Assembly: GCA_044222185.1 (NCBI GenBank)
Contig: JBGANV010000006.1
Coordinates: 96,001 to 160,000, forward strand
Origin: Planctomycetota bacterium
GTDB lineage: Bacteria > Planctomycetota > GCA-002687715 > CAIWVZ01
Length of the DNA: 64,000 nt
Direction: 5' to 3'
A program made the translations under genes and the position numbers. The notes beneath the pieces were generated by a model. That model had not been told where the DNA came from, did not search any database, and worked only from the letters and a program-made list of their open reading frames with translations. Shown one piece after another: positions 1 through 8,500 of this stretch. Position 1 is the stretch's first letter. Each line of letters starts with the position of its first letter.

Positions 1-2
1 TC

Positions 3-749
3 GGCCGCGACCTGGCCGAGGCCCGGCGGATCGCCCACCTTTGCACGCGGCGTCGCCTTCGCGCCGCCGTGAACTTCCAGCTTCGGCATGCACCCAACAT
101 GCTGGCACTCACGGGAGCGCTCGCTCGCGGAGTGTTCGGCGAGCTGACGGACGTCGAGGTGCGCGTCAACACGCATACGCCGTGGGCCCGTTGGGCGTTC
201 CTCGCGGGCATTCCGAGGCTCGAGATCCTGTACCACTCGATCCACTACCTGGATCTGATCCGCTCGTGGTTGGGCGAGCCGTCACGAGTTCACGCATGGG
301 TCGGATCCCACCCGAGTTCGCGCGGGTATGCCGATACGCGCTCGGCGATCCTCCTGGACTTCGGGCCGACGACACGATGCGTGCTCTCGCTCAACCATGA
401 GCACCGCTTCGGCCTGCGGCACGCTGCATCGGAACTGAGGATCGAGGGCGTTCGCGGAGCGGCCGTAGCGACGATGGGCGTGAACCTCGACTACCCGAAA
501 GGGGAGGTCGACCGTCTTTCGATCTGCGCGGCAGGAGACCAGTGGCAGGACGTGCCGCTGCGCGGTTCCTGGTTTCGCGCGGCATTCGCTGGACCCATGA
601 TCGCGCTGCAGCGATGGACCGCAGGCGGTACCCCATCGCCGACGAGGGTGGCCGATGCCGTGAGGACGATGGCCCTCGTCGAGGCCTGTTACCTGTCCGC
701 GATGCGCCCGCGGCGCTCCGGACGCGGGCGATCGGCCCCGCGTGCATGA
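3..749 (+). CDS. Gfo/Idh/MocA family oxidoreductase, C-terminal part (5' truncated by window edge)
   Basis: Frame open from base 3: GRDLAEARRIAHLC...AAVNFQLR, later YHSIHYLDLIRSWLG, typical of the Gfo/Idh/MocA core and C-terminal domain. Confidence 0.85.
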   Translation, partial: GRDLAEARRIAHLCTRRRLRAAVNFQLRHAPNMLALTGALARGVFGELTDVEVRVNTHTPWARWAFLAGIPRLEILYHSIHYLDLIRSWLGEPSRVHAWVGSHPSSRGYADTRSAILLDFGPTTRCVLSLNHEHRFGLRHAASELRIEGVRGAAVATMGVNLDYPKGEVDRLSICAAGDQWQDVPLRGSWFRAAFAGPMIALQRWTAGGTPSPTRVADAVRTMALVEACYLSAMRPRRSGRGRSAPRA

Positions 750-1009
750 ACGGCAATGCGACCGGCTCGGCGCCACGGGTGCAGGTTCGGGGCAGGCGCC
801 CGTCACTTCTCCTGAAATCCGTGCGCTGATCAGCACACGGGGTTCACATGGTCCCCGCCCGCCGCGGAATCGCGTGGTAGCCTCCGATGTTCCACAGGGT
901 TCGCAAAACGCGGGAAAGTCCCGCTGCGGACCGGTGTTTCGTGCGTTTTTGTCTTCAAAGAGGCCGGTTTTTGCGAGATCTACATTTTTCTTCGGCGACG
1001 AACTCGTGC

Positions 1010-1038
1010 TTGACTCCACCCGGAACGGTGGGCACGAT
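1010..1038 (+). promoter_or_regulatory. Candidate sigma70-type promoter for the 1189 gene
   Basis: TTGACT (1010-1015), 17-nt spacer, CACGAT (1033-1038); AT-richer upstream tract. Confidence 0.4.
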
Positions 1039-1188
1039 GTGCGCCGGTCGGGGCAGCCCGAGCCAGTGTTTTTCCGGCTCTCTGCCCGGAAAGAAGATGC
1101 GGGGCGGTGATCGCCTGACGCGATGCCGTTCCTCGTCGTGGTGAAAATCCTCTACTCGTTGATGCAGTCGGTTCACGGGAGTTTCAAC

Positions 1189-2325
1189 ATGCGTCCCTGT
1201 CTGTTGGTGTTTGCTTTCGTTGCGCTCGCTGGGTTCAGCGCCGCGCAGGGTTTCGAGTGTCAGGCCGTCGGGGCATTCCCGAACATCTGCTGCGCGGACT
1301 GCGAGAACGTTCAGTCAAACGCCTCGCTCCTTCCGGACAGCGGTGGCACCGGGATTGACAACACGGTGACGTGTGGCTTCCCGACTGCCGGCGCGCAGTA
1401 CGCCCGTATCGAGGCGAGCGGCCCGCTCAACGTTCCGGCTGGTGGCGTCGGCGGCACGATTCCGCGTCCCATCGACCTGAGCGTTGCCGAGCTCCGCATC
1501 CCGGTCCCGTCCGGTGCGACCGCCGTCAGCTTCAAGTTCGACTTCTTCAACGCTGAAGTTCCGAACGAGGCCACGTTCAACGACGGCTTCGCCGCGTCGA
1601 TCTGCGCCTTCGGCACCGATCTCTCGCTGGTCGACCTCGCCTACCGTGACACGTTCTCGGCGAACAACGGTTGCGTGGACAGCGTCAGCAACGGCGTCGA
1701 GACGGGCTCCGTCGGCGTCGACTCCGTCACGCACGTCTTCACGGCCACGGAACTCGCGGCCATCGCGGCCGCTCAGGCCGCGGGTGGTGCGTACCTCTCG
1801 CTCGCGTGCTGGAACGGTGGCGATGATTCCGTCGACTCCGGCGCGGGGATCGACTGCGTGTCGTGGGATTCGTTCTTCGACGTCCCGAACACGGGCGCAC
1901 TCGGTGGTGCATCCCGCATCGACAACGTGACGGCCAACCCGGCTGACACGTTCACGATCGGCGCGCCGGGGGCCACGCGGCTCCGCGTGCATGGCATTTC
2001 GGAAGCGGTCTTCATCGAAGGCTTCCACTGCCTCGTCGCCCAGGTCTACGGCGACAACTTCGTGCAGCAGTTCCCGGCGGCGGCTGACGGTGGGTTCTTC
2101 ATCGACCCGACCCGTCCGTTCGTGTCGCTCTCGGAAGGTCAGCTGACGGGTGGTCTCGCGGCCGGCACGGCTGCGCGCGGCCCGATCGTCAACCTGAGCT
2201 TCGCCGATCCGGCCCTTTGTGGCTCGATGGTGGTCTTCCAGGCCTACATCCAGGACGAGAACTTCCCGACGAACGTTCCGACCGTGAAGGTCTTCACCAT
2301 CGCGTCCATCGGCTCGCTGCACTGA
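1189..2325 (+). CDS. Exported protein: jelly-roll/choice-of-anchor-L-like domain plus C-terminal shared domain
   Basis: GGGAG RBS before ATG 1189; signal peptide MRPCLLVFAFVALAGFSAAQ; motifs FDFFNAE..FNDGF and NGGDDSVDSGAGID; C-terminal PALCGSMVVFQAYIQD. Confidence 0.8.
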   Translation: MRPCLLVFAFVALAGFSAAQGFECQAVGAFPNICCADCENVQSNASLLPDSGGTGIDNTVTCGFPTAGAQYARIEASGPLNVPAGGVGGTIPRPIDLSVAELRIPVPSGATAVSFKFDFFNAEVPNEATFNDGFAASICAFGTDLSLVDLAYRDTFSANNGCVDSVSNGVETGSVGVDSVTHVFTATELAAIAAAQAAGGAYLSLACWNGGDDSVDSGAGIDCVSWDSFFDVPNTGALGGASRIDNVTANPADTFTIGAPGATRLRVHGISEAVFIEGFHCLVAQVYGDNFVQQFPAAADGGFFIDPTRPFVSLSEGQLTGGLAAGTAARGPIVNLSFADPALCGSMVVFQAYIQDENFPTNVPTVKVFTIASIGSLH

Positions 2326-2367
2326 TCGCCTGAGACTCCCGTCTGCCCAACCGCCGACGCGGAAGGA

Positions 2368-2407
2368 AGAGGACCGGCGCCCCGAGGGGCAGCCGGTTCT
2401 TTTTTTT
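2368..2407 (+). terminator. Rho-independent terminator
   Basis: GGACCGGC-GCCCC-GA-GGGGC-A-GCCGGTTC hairpin followed by T8. Confidence 0.85.
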
Positions 2408-2745
2408 GCCCGTCGTCGTCAGGCGCTGGCGCGACAGCACGCGGCAATCAGGCTCCGCGTGGGTCGCCCGGACCCGGTCGGTGATTTCCGGCCGGTGAGT
2501 CACGCCGGCGGCCGCGCAACCCCGCGTCGCGGGATACATCCACGCGCGGCCGGCTTCATCAAGTCGTGCCCGGCGCGCGCCTTTTCACCGCACGGCTTCG
2601 GGCGACTGCGCCGCCATTCTTTCGCTACACGAGTCGTGGCTCACGAGACGAGAAGAGGGGGGCCGACATCGCGTTCGATGTTGGATCTGTATCTCGCGTA
2701 GAGGGTGCCGCGAGGCACCCCAAGAAAAGTCTGGAGCCGAAACTG

Positions 2746-5316
2746 ATGAACCTCATCAGAAAGCCCGCGACAGCGATCACAGCGCTGACGATCGGTGTCA
2801 CGGCAGTTGTCTTCATGCACGCAGGTGCCGGGAACGGCGCGGCGAATCCGGCGAGGACGTCACCCTTGCCGGTGCTTGCCGCGGTATCTCCCGCGTCGCT
2901 GGTCGTGCCGCCGGCCAAGGCGGCGCTCGAGCCAATGGCTCAACTGCCTGCGACGTTCATCGAAAACCGTGGCCAGTTCGACCCCGAAGCGCGATTCGTC
3001 GTGCGTCAGGGTGCCACGGCGACCTACCTCACGCCGGACCGCTTCGTGGTCCAGGCCGTTCAGCCGAACCCCGCGGGCGGCGAGGCGGCAGTGCGAGGGG
3101 TGAACCTGTTCTTCACGTTCGAAGGTGCGGCCACGGACGCCCGGATCGACGGTGTCGCCCGGCTCGATGGCCGAATGAACTACCTCCTCGGGAATGATCC
3201 CGCGAAGTGGGTGACCGACGTTCCGACGTGGTCGGCGGTGCGCGCCACTGGGATCTATGACGGCATCGACGTCGCCTTCCGCGACAGCGCGGGCCGCGTC
3301 GAGTACGACCTGTTCATCGGTCGGAACGCCGATCCCTCGAAGGTCGTGTTGCGATGCGACGGCGCAGAGGCGCTCTCGCTGGACGAGTCTGGTGCTCTCG
3401 TCGCCAGCACCGCGGTCGGGACCATTCGTCAGGAGTGCCCGGTCACCTGGCGCGTGGGACCGAACGGGGAGCGTGAGAACGTCGAGTGCCGCTTCCGCCT
3501 GATCGACGATCGTCGCTTCGGCTTCGACGTGCCGGATCACCGGCCCGGCGAAGCCCTCGTGATCGACCCCGTGATCGTGTTCTCGGGCATCGTCGGCGGT
3601 TCGAGCTACGACGTTGCGCGCGCGATCTCGATCGATCCCACCGGAGCGATGTTCCTGACCGGTCGCACGGCGTCGACGAACTTCCCGCACTCCGCGGGAG
3701 CCTTCGACGGCGTGTTGAACAACACGGAAGCGTTCGTCACCAAGATCGCGGCAGGTGGCGGGTCCGTCGTCTACTCGACGTACCTCGGTTCGCCTGGCGC
3801 GGATCAAGCGTTCGCGATGACTCTCGATTCGCAGGGCCGTGCCATCATTACGGGCCAGTGCGGTAGCGGATTCCCGACGACCGCGGGCACCTATGACACG
3901 TCGCAGAACGGCTGGAGCGATACCTTCGTCTCCAAGCTCAATGCGACCGGCACCGGGCTCGTTTTCTCCACCTTCGTCGGTGGCAACAACGACGACTACC
4001 CGGGTGGGATCGACGTGGACGGATCGGACAACGTCTACGTGACCGGTGCGACCAAGTCCACGAACTTCCCGACGACGGCCGGCGCCTATGACTCGACGCC
4101 GAACGGTGATTGGGACGGGTTCCTCGTCAAGCTCGCGGCCAGCGGCGCGAGCCTCCTCCTGGGCACTCGCTTCGGCGGGACCCTCATGGACAGCGGTGTC
4201 GGCGTTCGGGTCACCCCGTCCGGCCAGATCGTGGTTGCCGGCGCGACGTCGTCGACCGATTTCCCGACCGTCGCAGGCGCGTTCGACACGACGCAAAACG
4301 GCGCGAGCGACGCCTTCGTCTGCAAGTTCTCCGCGTCGGGAGCGCAGCTCTTGTGGGGCACGTTCCTCGGCGGTGCTGGCAACGACCAGGCGCTCGCGCT
4401 CGAAGTCGATGCCCAGGATTGCGCGATCATCACGGGGCAGGCCTACGATGGCTATCCCGTGACCTCCGGCGCGATCCGGACGTCGACGCAGCTCGGCGCC
4501 GACGCGTTCGTCACGAAGGTCGCCGCGAACGGCCAGTCGCTCGTCTACTCCACTTTCATCGGTGGGGCATCGAGCGACGCGGGTTACGCGCTCGCGCTCG
4601 ATGTGAACGGCGCGCCGGTGGTCGTCGGGTACACCAACTCGGTGGACCTCGGAGTCTCTGCGAACGCGGTCCAGAGCGCGTTCCTCGGCGGTGGCGTGCC
4701 TGGCGACGGTTTCGTCACCAAGCTCTCCGTCGACGGATCGAGCGTCGTGTTCAGCACGTTCGTCGGCGGAGCCGGCTCCGATCAGATCAAGGGCGTCGCC
4801 CTCGATTCGCTCGGCGCGATCTTCATCACGGGCACGACGACCTCGAGTTCGCTCGGGGCGCTCACCCCGTCGATGGCGGCTCCTCAGGGACTCGATGACT
4901 GCTTCTTCATGAAGCTCACGCTCGGCCCCGCGGCCGTCGTCAGCCCCATCGGTCCTGGCTGCAGTTCGGGTGGCGTGGTTCCGACGCTGTCGAGCGGCCT
5001 TCCGGTCGTCGGCGGCACGATCACGACTTCGGGTACGTCGGCGCCGCCGCTCGCATACGGCGATCTCGTGTTCTCCGGCGCGGCCGGAGCCACGACGCTG
5101 CCGAACGGCTGCCCGCTCTACGTCGACCCTGTGACGTTCGCTACGCAGGGCCATTTCCAGGTCGGTGCGAACGGCACGTGGTCGGTGACCGGGATCGTCC
5201 CGAACGCCGAGAGTCTCGTCGGCGATCTCTTCTCGCTCCAGGCCGTGTTCCTGAGCCCGTCGGCCCCGGGCGGATACACCGTCTCGGCCGGCGTGCAGTT
5301 GGCGCTCGGCTACTGA
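2746..5316 (+). CDS. Exported SBBP (beta-propeller) repeat protein, paralog 1, with C-terminal shared domain
   Basis: GGAG RBS, ATG 2746; N-terminal FIENRGQ..NYLLGNDP..EYD..LVIDP domain; repeated STFVGG..D.....VD...NVYVTG.T.STNFPTT.GAYD units. Confidence 0.9.
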   Translation: MNLIRKPATAITALTIGVTAVVFMHAGAGNGAANPARTSPLPVLAAVSPASLVVPPAKAALEPMAQLPATFIENRGQFDPEARFVVRQGATATYLTPDRFVVQAVQPNPAGGEAAVRGVNLFFTFEGAATDARIDGVARLDGRMNYLLGNDPAKWVTDVPTWSAVRATGIYDGIDVAFRDSAGRVEYDLFIGRNADPSKVVLRCDGAEALSLDESGALVASTAVGTIRQECPVTWRVGPNGERENVECRFRLIDDRRFGFDVPDHRPGEALVIDPVIVFSGIVGGSSYDVARAISIDPTGAMFLTGRTASTNFPHSAGAFDGVLNNTEAFVTKIAAGGGSVVYSTYLGSPGADQAFAMTLDSQGRAIITGQCGSGFPTTAGTYDTSQNGWSDTFVSKLNATGTGLVFSTFVGGNNDDYPGGIDVDGSDNVYVTGATKSTNFPTTAGAYDSTPNGDWDGFLVKLAASGASLLLGTRFGGTLMDSGVGVRVTPSGQIVVAGATSSTDFPTVAGAFDTTQNGASDAFVCKFSASGAQLLWGTFLGGAGNDQALALEVDAQDCAIITGQAYDGYPVTSGAIRTSTQLGADAFVTKVAANGQSLVYSTFIGGASSDAGYALALDVNGAPVVVGYTNSVDLGVSANAVQSAFLGGGVPGDGFVTKLSVDGSSVVFSTFVGGAGSDQIKGVALDSLGAIFITGTTTSSSLGALTPSMAAPQGLDDCFFMKLTLGPAAVVSPIGPGCSSGGVVPTLSSGLPVVGGTITTSGTSAPPLAYGDLVFSGAAGATTLPNGCPLYVDPVTFATQGHFQVGANGTWSVTGIVPNAESLVGDLFSLQAVFLSPSAPGGYTVSAGVQLALGY

Positions 5317-5354
5317 TTCGCTGACAGTCCGCGCGGTGCACTCGACCGCGCAGC

Positions 5355-5393
5355 AAACACCCGCGGCGCTTCGCGCTCGCGGGTGTTTTTCTT
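5355..5393 (+). terminator. Rho-independent terminator
   Basis: AAACACCCGCG-GCGC-TTC-GCGC-T-CGCGGGTGTTT stem followed by TTCTT. Confidence 0.75.
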
Positions 5394-5640
5394 GCTGCGC
5401 GAAAGCTGAGCGCTCGTCGCGAAAGCCGTGCGCAGGAGCGGAAAACCAGAAGCGGCGAATTCACGCTTTCGGGTTTGTGCAGCTTGGTGGCACATCGGGC
5501 GCAGTCCGATCTCCAGAAAGCGCAGAACTTTGCATCAAAGTGGGATTGCAAGTTCCAAGCCGCTCTATGTAATGGGGCCGTCCATTCGCCCCAGATGGTG
5601 CTCCTCGTTCGCCGGCCCCGCCCACACCCCCCGACAAATC

Positions 5641-8217
5641 ATGAAGAAGACCCTCGGCGTCGTGCTCGTCGCGACCGTTGCGACGTTCTCTTCGCTGTCG
5701 ACTCGCTGCGACCGATCGCAACCACCGCATACCAAGGGAACGGACTGCTACGCGACGCTCGGTCGCCCCGCATCTGGAGCCGTCTCGACCCCGACTCGGA
5801 ACTCGACTTCCTCCTCGACGACGGAAGCTCTGTCGCGTCGTCCTCTGCCTCTTTCGTTCATCGAGAATCATGGCCAGTTCGCACCGGAGGTCGGACTCGC
5901 GGTGACGAGCGGGCTGAACACCACCTTCATCGGTCGCGACTTCTATCTGCTTCAGGTCGTCACCGAATCGGACGACCGCACGTCGAAGGTCGCGCACGGC
6001 GCGAACGTCCGGTTCACCTTCGACGGCTGCGAGCCCACGTCGATCGTGCGAGGTGCCGGACCACTGCCCGGGCGGGTCAACTACCTCACGCACCCGAATG
6101 AATCGGACTGGATCGTCGACGTTCCCACCTGGTCGCACGCGCGCATCGAAGGCGTGCGCCACGGGGCGTCGGTCGTCTTCCATGAGAATGGCGGCCAGCT
6201 CGAGTACGACCTGGAACTCGCTCCGGGCACGGACGCCTCCGCCGTAGTGATGCACTGCGAGGGAAGCACGAGCCTCGAGATCGACCCGTCGGGCGCGCTC
6301 GTGATCGGCACGGCCGTCGGCGCGATCAAACAGGAAGCTCCCCGCGCGTGGGTGTCGAACTCTGACGGCACTCGCCGGGAAGTTCCGACGCACTTCCGCG
6401 TCACCGATGGTGAGCGGGTGACGATCGAGGTCCCCGAGCGGCAGTTGGGCGAGCCGCTTCTCATCGACCCGACGATCGTGTTCTCGGGCCGCATCAGCGG
6501 ATCGAGCTACGAAACCGGCCGGAGCATCGCCGTCGACGCCCTCGGCAACGTCTTCGTCGCGGGGAAGACCTCGTCGACGACGTTCCCGTTGACCCCGGGT
6601 GCGTTCGACAGCACGTTCAACAACACCGAGGGGTTCGTCACGAAGATCAACCCGGCGGGCACCGCGATGGTGTTCTCGACGTACATCGGCTCGACCGGCG
6701 CCGACGACGTCTTCGGATTGAGGATCGATTCACAGAGCCGCGCCGTCATCACGGGGCGCTGCGGCACGGCATTCCCGGTGACTTCGGGTGCCTACGACAC
6801 GTCGCAGAACGGCTGGACCGACGTCTTCGTCACCAAGCTCAATCCGGCGGGGAACGGGCTCGTCTTCAGCACGTACTTCGGCGGCAACCTGGACGACATC
6901 GTCGGAGACATCCGCCTGGATGCGACCGGCAACGTCATCATCGCGGGGAGCACGGCCTCGACGACGTTGCCCACGACGAGCGGCGCATTCGACACGACCC
7001 CGAACGGCGGATGGGATGCCTTCGTCGCCAAGCTTTCAGCGACGGGTAACTCCCTGCTGTTCTCGACGCGGCTCGGCGGTGCCGGGCAGGACTCGGTCAC
7101 CGCGATCGCCATCAATGGCCAGGGGCAGGTGATCGTCACCGGGGCGACGGCATCCACGGATTTCCCCACGACCCCGACGTCGTTCGACACCACGTTCAAT
7201 GGCACCACGGACGCGTTCGTCACGGCGTTCAATCCCACGTGCTCGACCCTCGTGTTCTCGACGTTCCTCGGCGGAATCGGGGCCGACCAGGCACTGGCGC
7301 TCGACCTGGATGCGACGACGGGTGCGATCTACCTGACCGGGCAGGCCTATGACGGCTACCCGGTGACGCCCGGTGCGTTCAGCACCATTCCCCATGTGGG
7401 CGCCGAGGCCTTCCTGACGAGCCTCTCGCCGCAGGGCGACGTCCTGAACTTCTCGACCTTCCTCGGTGGCTCGGGCGGCGATGCGACGTATTCGATCGCC
7501 GTGGCCTCCTCGGGAGAGGTGTTCGTCGCCGGATACACCAACTCTCCCGACTTCCCCGCAACGGTCGGCGGCATCCTCCCCGGCTTCGTCGGCGGCGGCG
7601 TACCCGGCGACGGTTTCGTCTCGAAGTTCACCTCGGCTGGAGGTCTGGTCTACAGCACGTTCGTCGGTGGCAACGGATCCGATCAGATCCGACAGATCGT
7701 CCTCGATCCGTCGGGCGGCGTCTACGTCGTCGGCACGACGGCATCGACCGACCTTCCGACGACCGCTCCGCCGTTCTCCAACCAGGCCGGTCTGGACGAC
7801 GCGTTCTTCATGAAGATCGACATGGGCCCCGGCGCGAACGTCACGCCGGTCGGCCCCGGGTGCACGCCCGGTGGCCCGGCGCCGTCGGCCGCAGGTGACC
7901 GTCCGTACGTGGGGCAGGCCATGCTCCTCAGCGGCGCTGGCGCCGAACCGAACGCGATCGGCACGATCTTCGTGGGTGTCCCTGGATCCTCGACCCTCAC
8001 GCCTTGGAACTGCTCGGTCTACGTGAACGTTGCGGCGCTGGCCGTTCCCATGACGTTCTCGACGGACGCCCAGGGTTCGTGGTCCACGCTCGCCGTCGTT
8101 CCCCCGATGTCGTCCCTCGTCGGGGCCGTCGGCAACATGCAGGCCGTGGTGTTCGCGCCCGCGAACCCCTGGGGCTACCAGCTCACCGAAGGCCTCGCCC
8201 TCCAGTTCGGGTTCTGA
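5641..8217 (+). CDS. Exported SBBP repeat protein, paralog 2, with C-terminal shared domain
   Basis: MKKTLGVVLVATVATF signal; same architecture as 2746-5316 with long identical stretches (YDTSQNGW, FLGG.G.DQALAL, GGGVPGDGFV). Confidence 0.9.
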   Translation: MKKTLGVVLVATVATFSSLSTRCDRSQPPHTKGTDCYATLGRPASGAVSTPTRNSTSSSTTEALSRRPLPLSFIENHGQFAPEVGLAVTSGLNTTFIGRDFYLLQVVTESDDRTSKVAHGANVRFTFDGCEPTSIVRGAGPLPGRVNYLTHPNESDWIVDVPTWSHARIEGVRHGASVVFHENGGQLEYDLELAPGTDASAVVMHCEGSTSLEIDPSGALVIGTAVGAIKQEAPRAWVSNSDGTRREVPTHFRVTDGERVTIEVPERQLGEPLLIDPTIVFSGRISGSSYETGRSIAVDALGNVFVAGKTSSTTFPLTPGAFDSTFNNTEGFVTKINPAGTAMVFSTYIGSTGADDVFGLRIDSQSRAVITGRCGTAFPVTSGAYDTSQNGWTDVFVTKLNPAGNGLVFSTYFGGNLDDIVGDIRLDATGNVIIAGSTASTTLPTTSGAFDTTPNGGWDAFVAKLSATGNSLLFSTRLGGAGQDSVTAIAINGQGQVIVTGATASTDFPTTPTSFDTTFNGTTDAFVTAFNPTCSTLVFSTFLGGIGADQALALDLDATTGAIYLTGQAYDGYPVTPGAFSTIPHVGAEAFLTSLSPQGDVLNFSTFLGGSGGDATYSIAVASSGEVFVAGYTNSPDFPATVGGILPGFVGGGVPGDGFVSKFTSAGGLVYSTFVGGNGSDQIRQIVLDPSGGVYVVGTTASTDLPTTAPPFSNQAGLDDAFFMKIDMGPGANVTPVGPGCTPGGPAPSAAGDRPYVGQAMLLSGAGAEPNAIGTIFVGVPGSSTLTPWNCSVYVNVAALAVPMTFSTDAQGSWSTLAVVPPMSSLVGAVGNMQAVVFAPANPWGYQLTEGLALQFGF

Positions 8218-8500
8218 ACGCGCGGGCGCGTCCTCACGCGCCGCGCATCCCCCGTCGGGCCAAAACCCGCAAGAAACTGCAGAGACCGGATCTCGGAGCA
8301 GACTGTTCCGCGGGGGATTCACCGTCTATGCTTCACGGCCAATCCCGCGCGGCCTCGCGCCGTCATCCCGTTCCCACGACCGAAAGCCGTGATCCATGCG
8401 ACTCCGCCGACCCCTGCGGTGCGCCTGGGCCGCTGACGCCCTCAGCCCGGCGATCGCGTCACATGGATCAAACGCGCTCCAAGAGCCGGAGATCGCCCGC

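Noticed and set aside
5488-5503. Sigma54 promoter TGGCAC-N-GC upstream of 5641
   Set aside because: The -12 element is GCGC rather than TTGC, and a sigma70-like motif lies closer to the gene; too weak to call.
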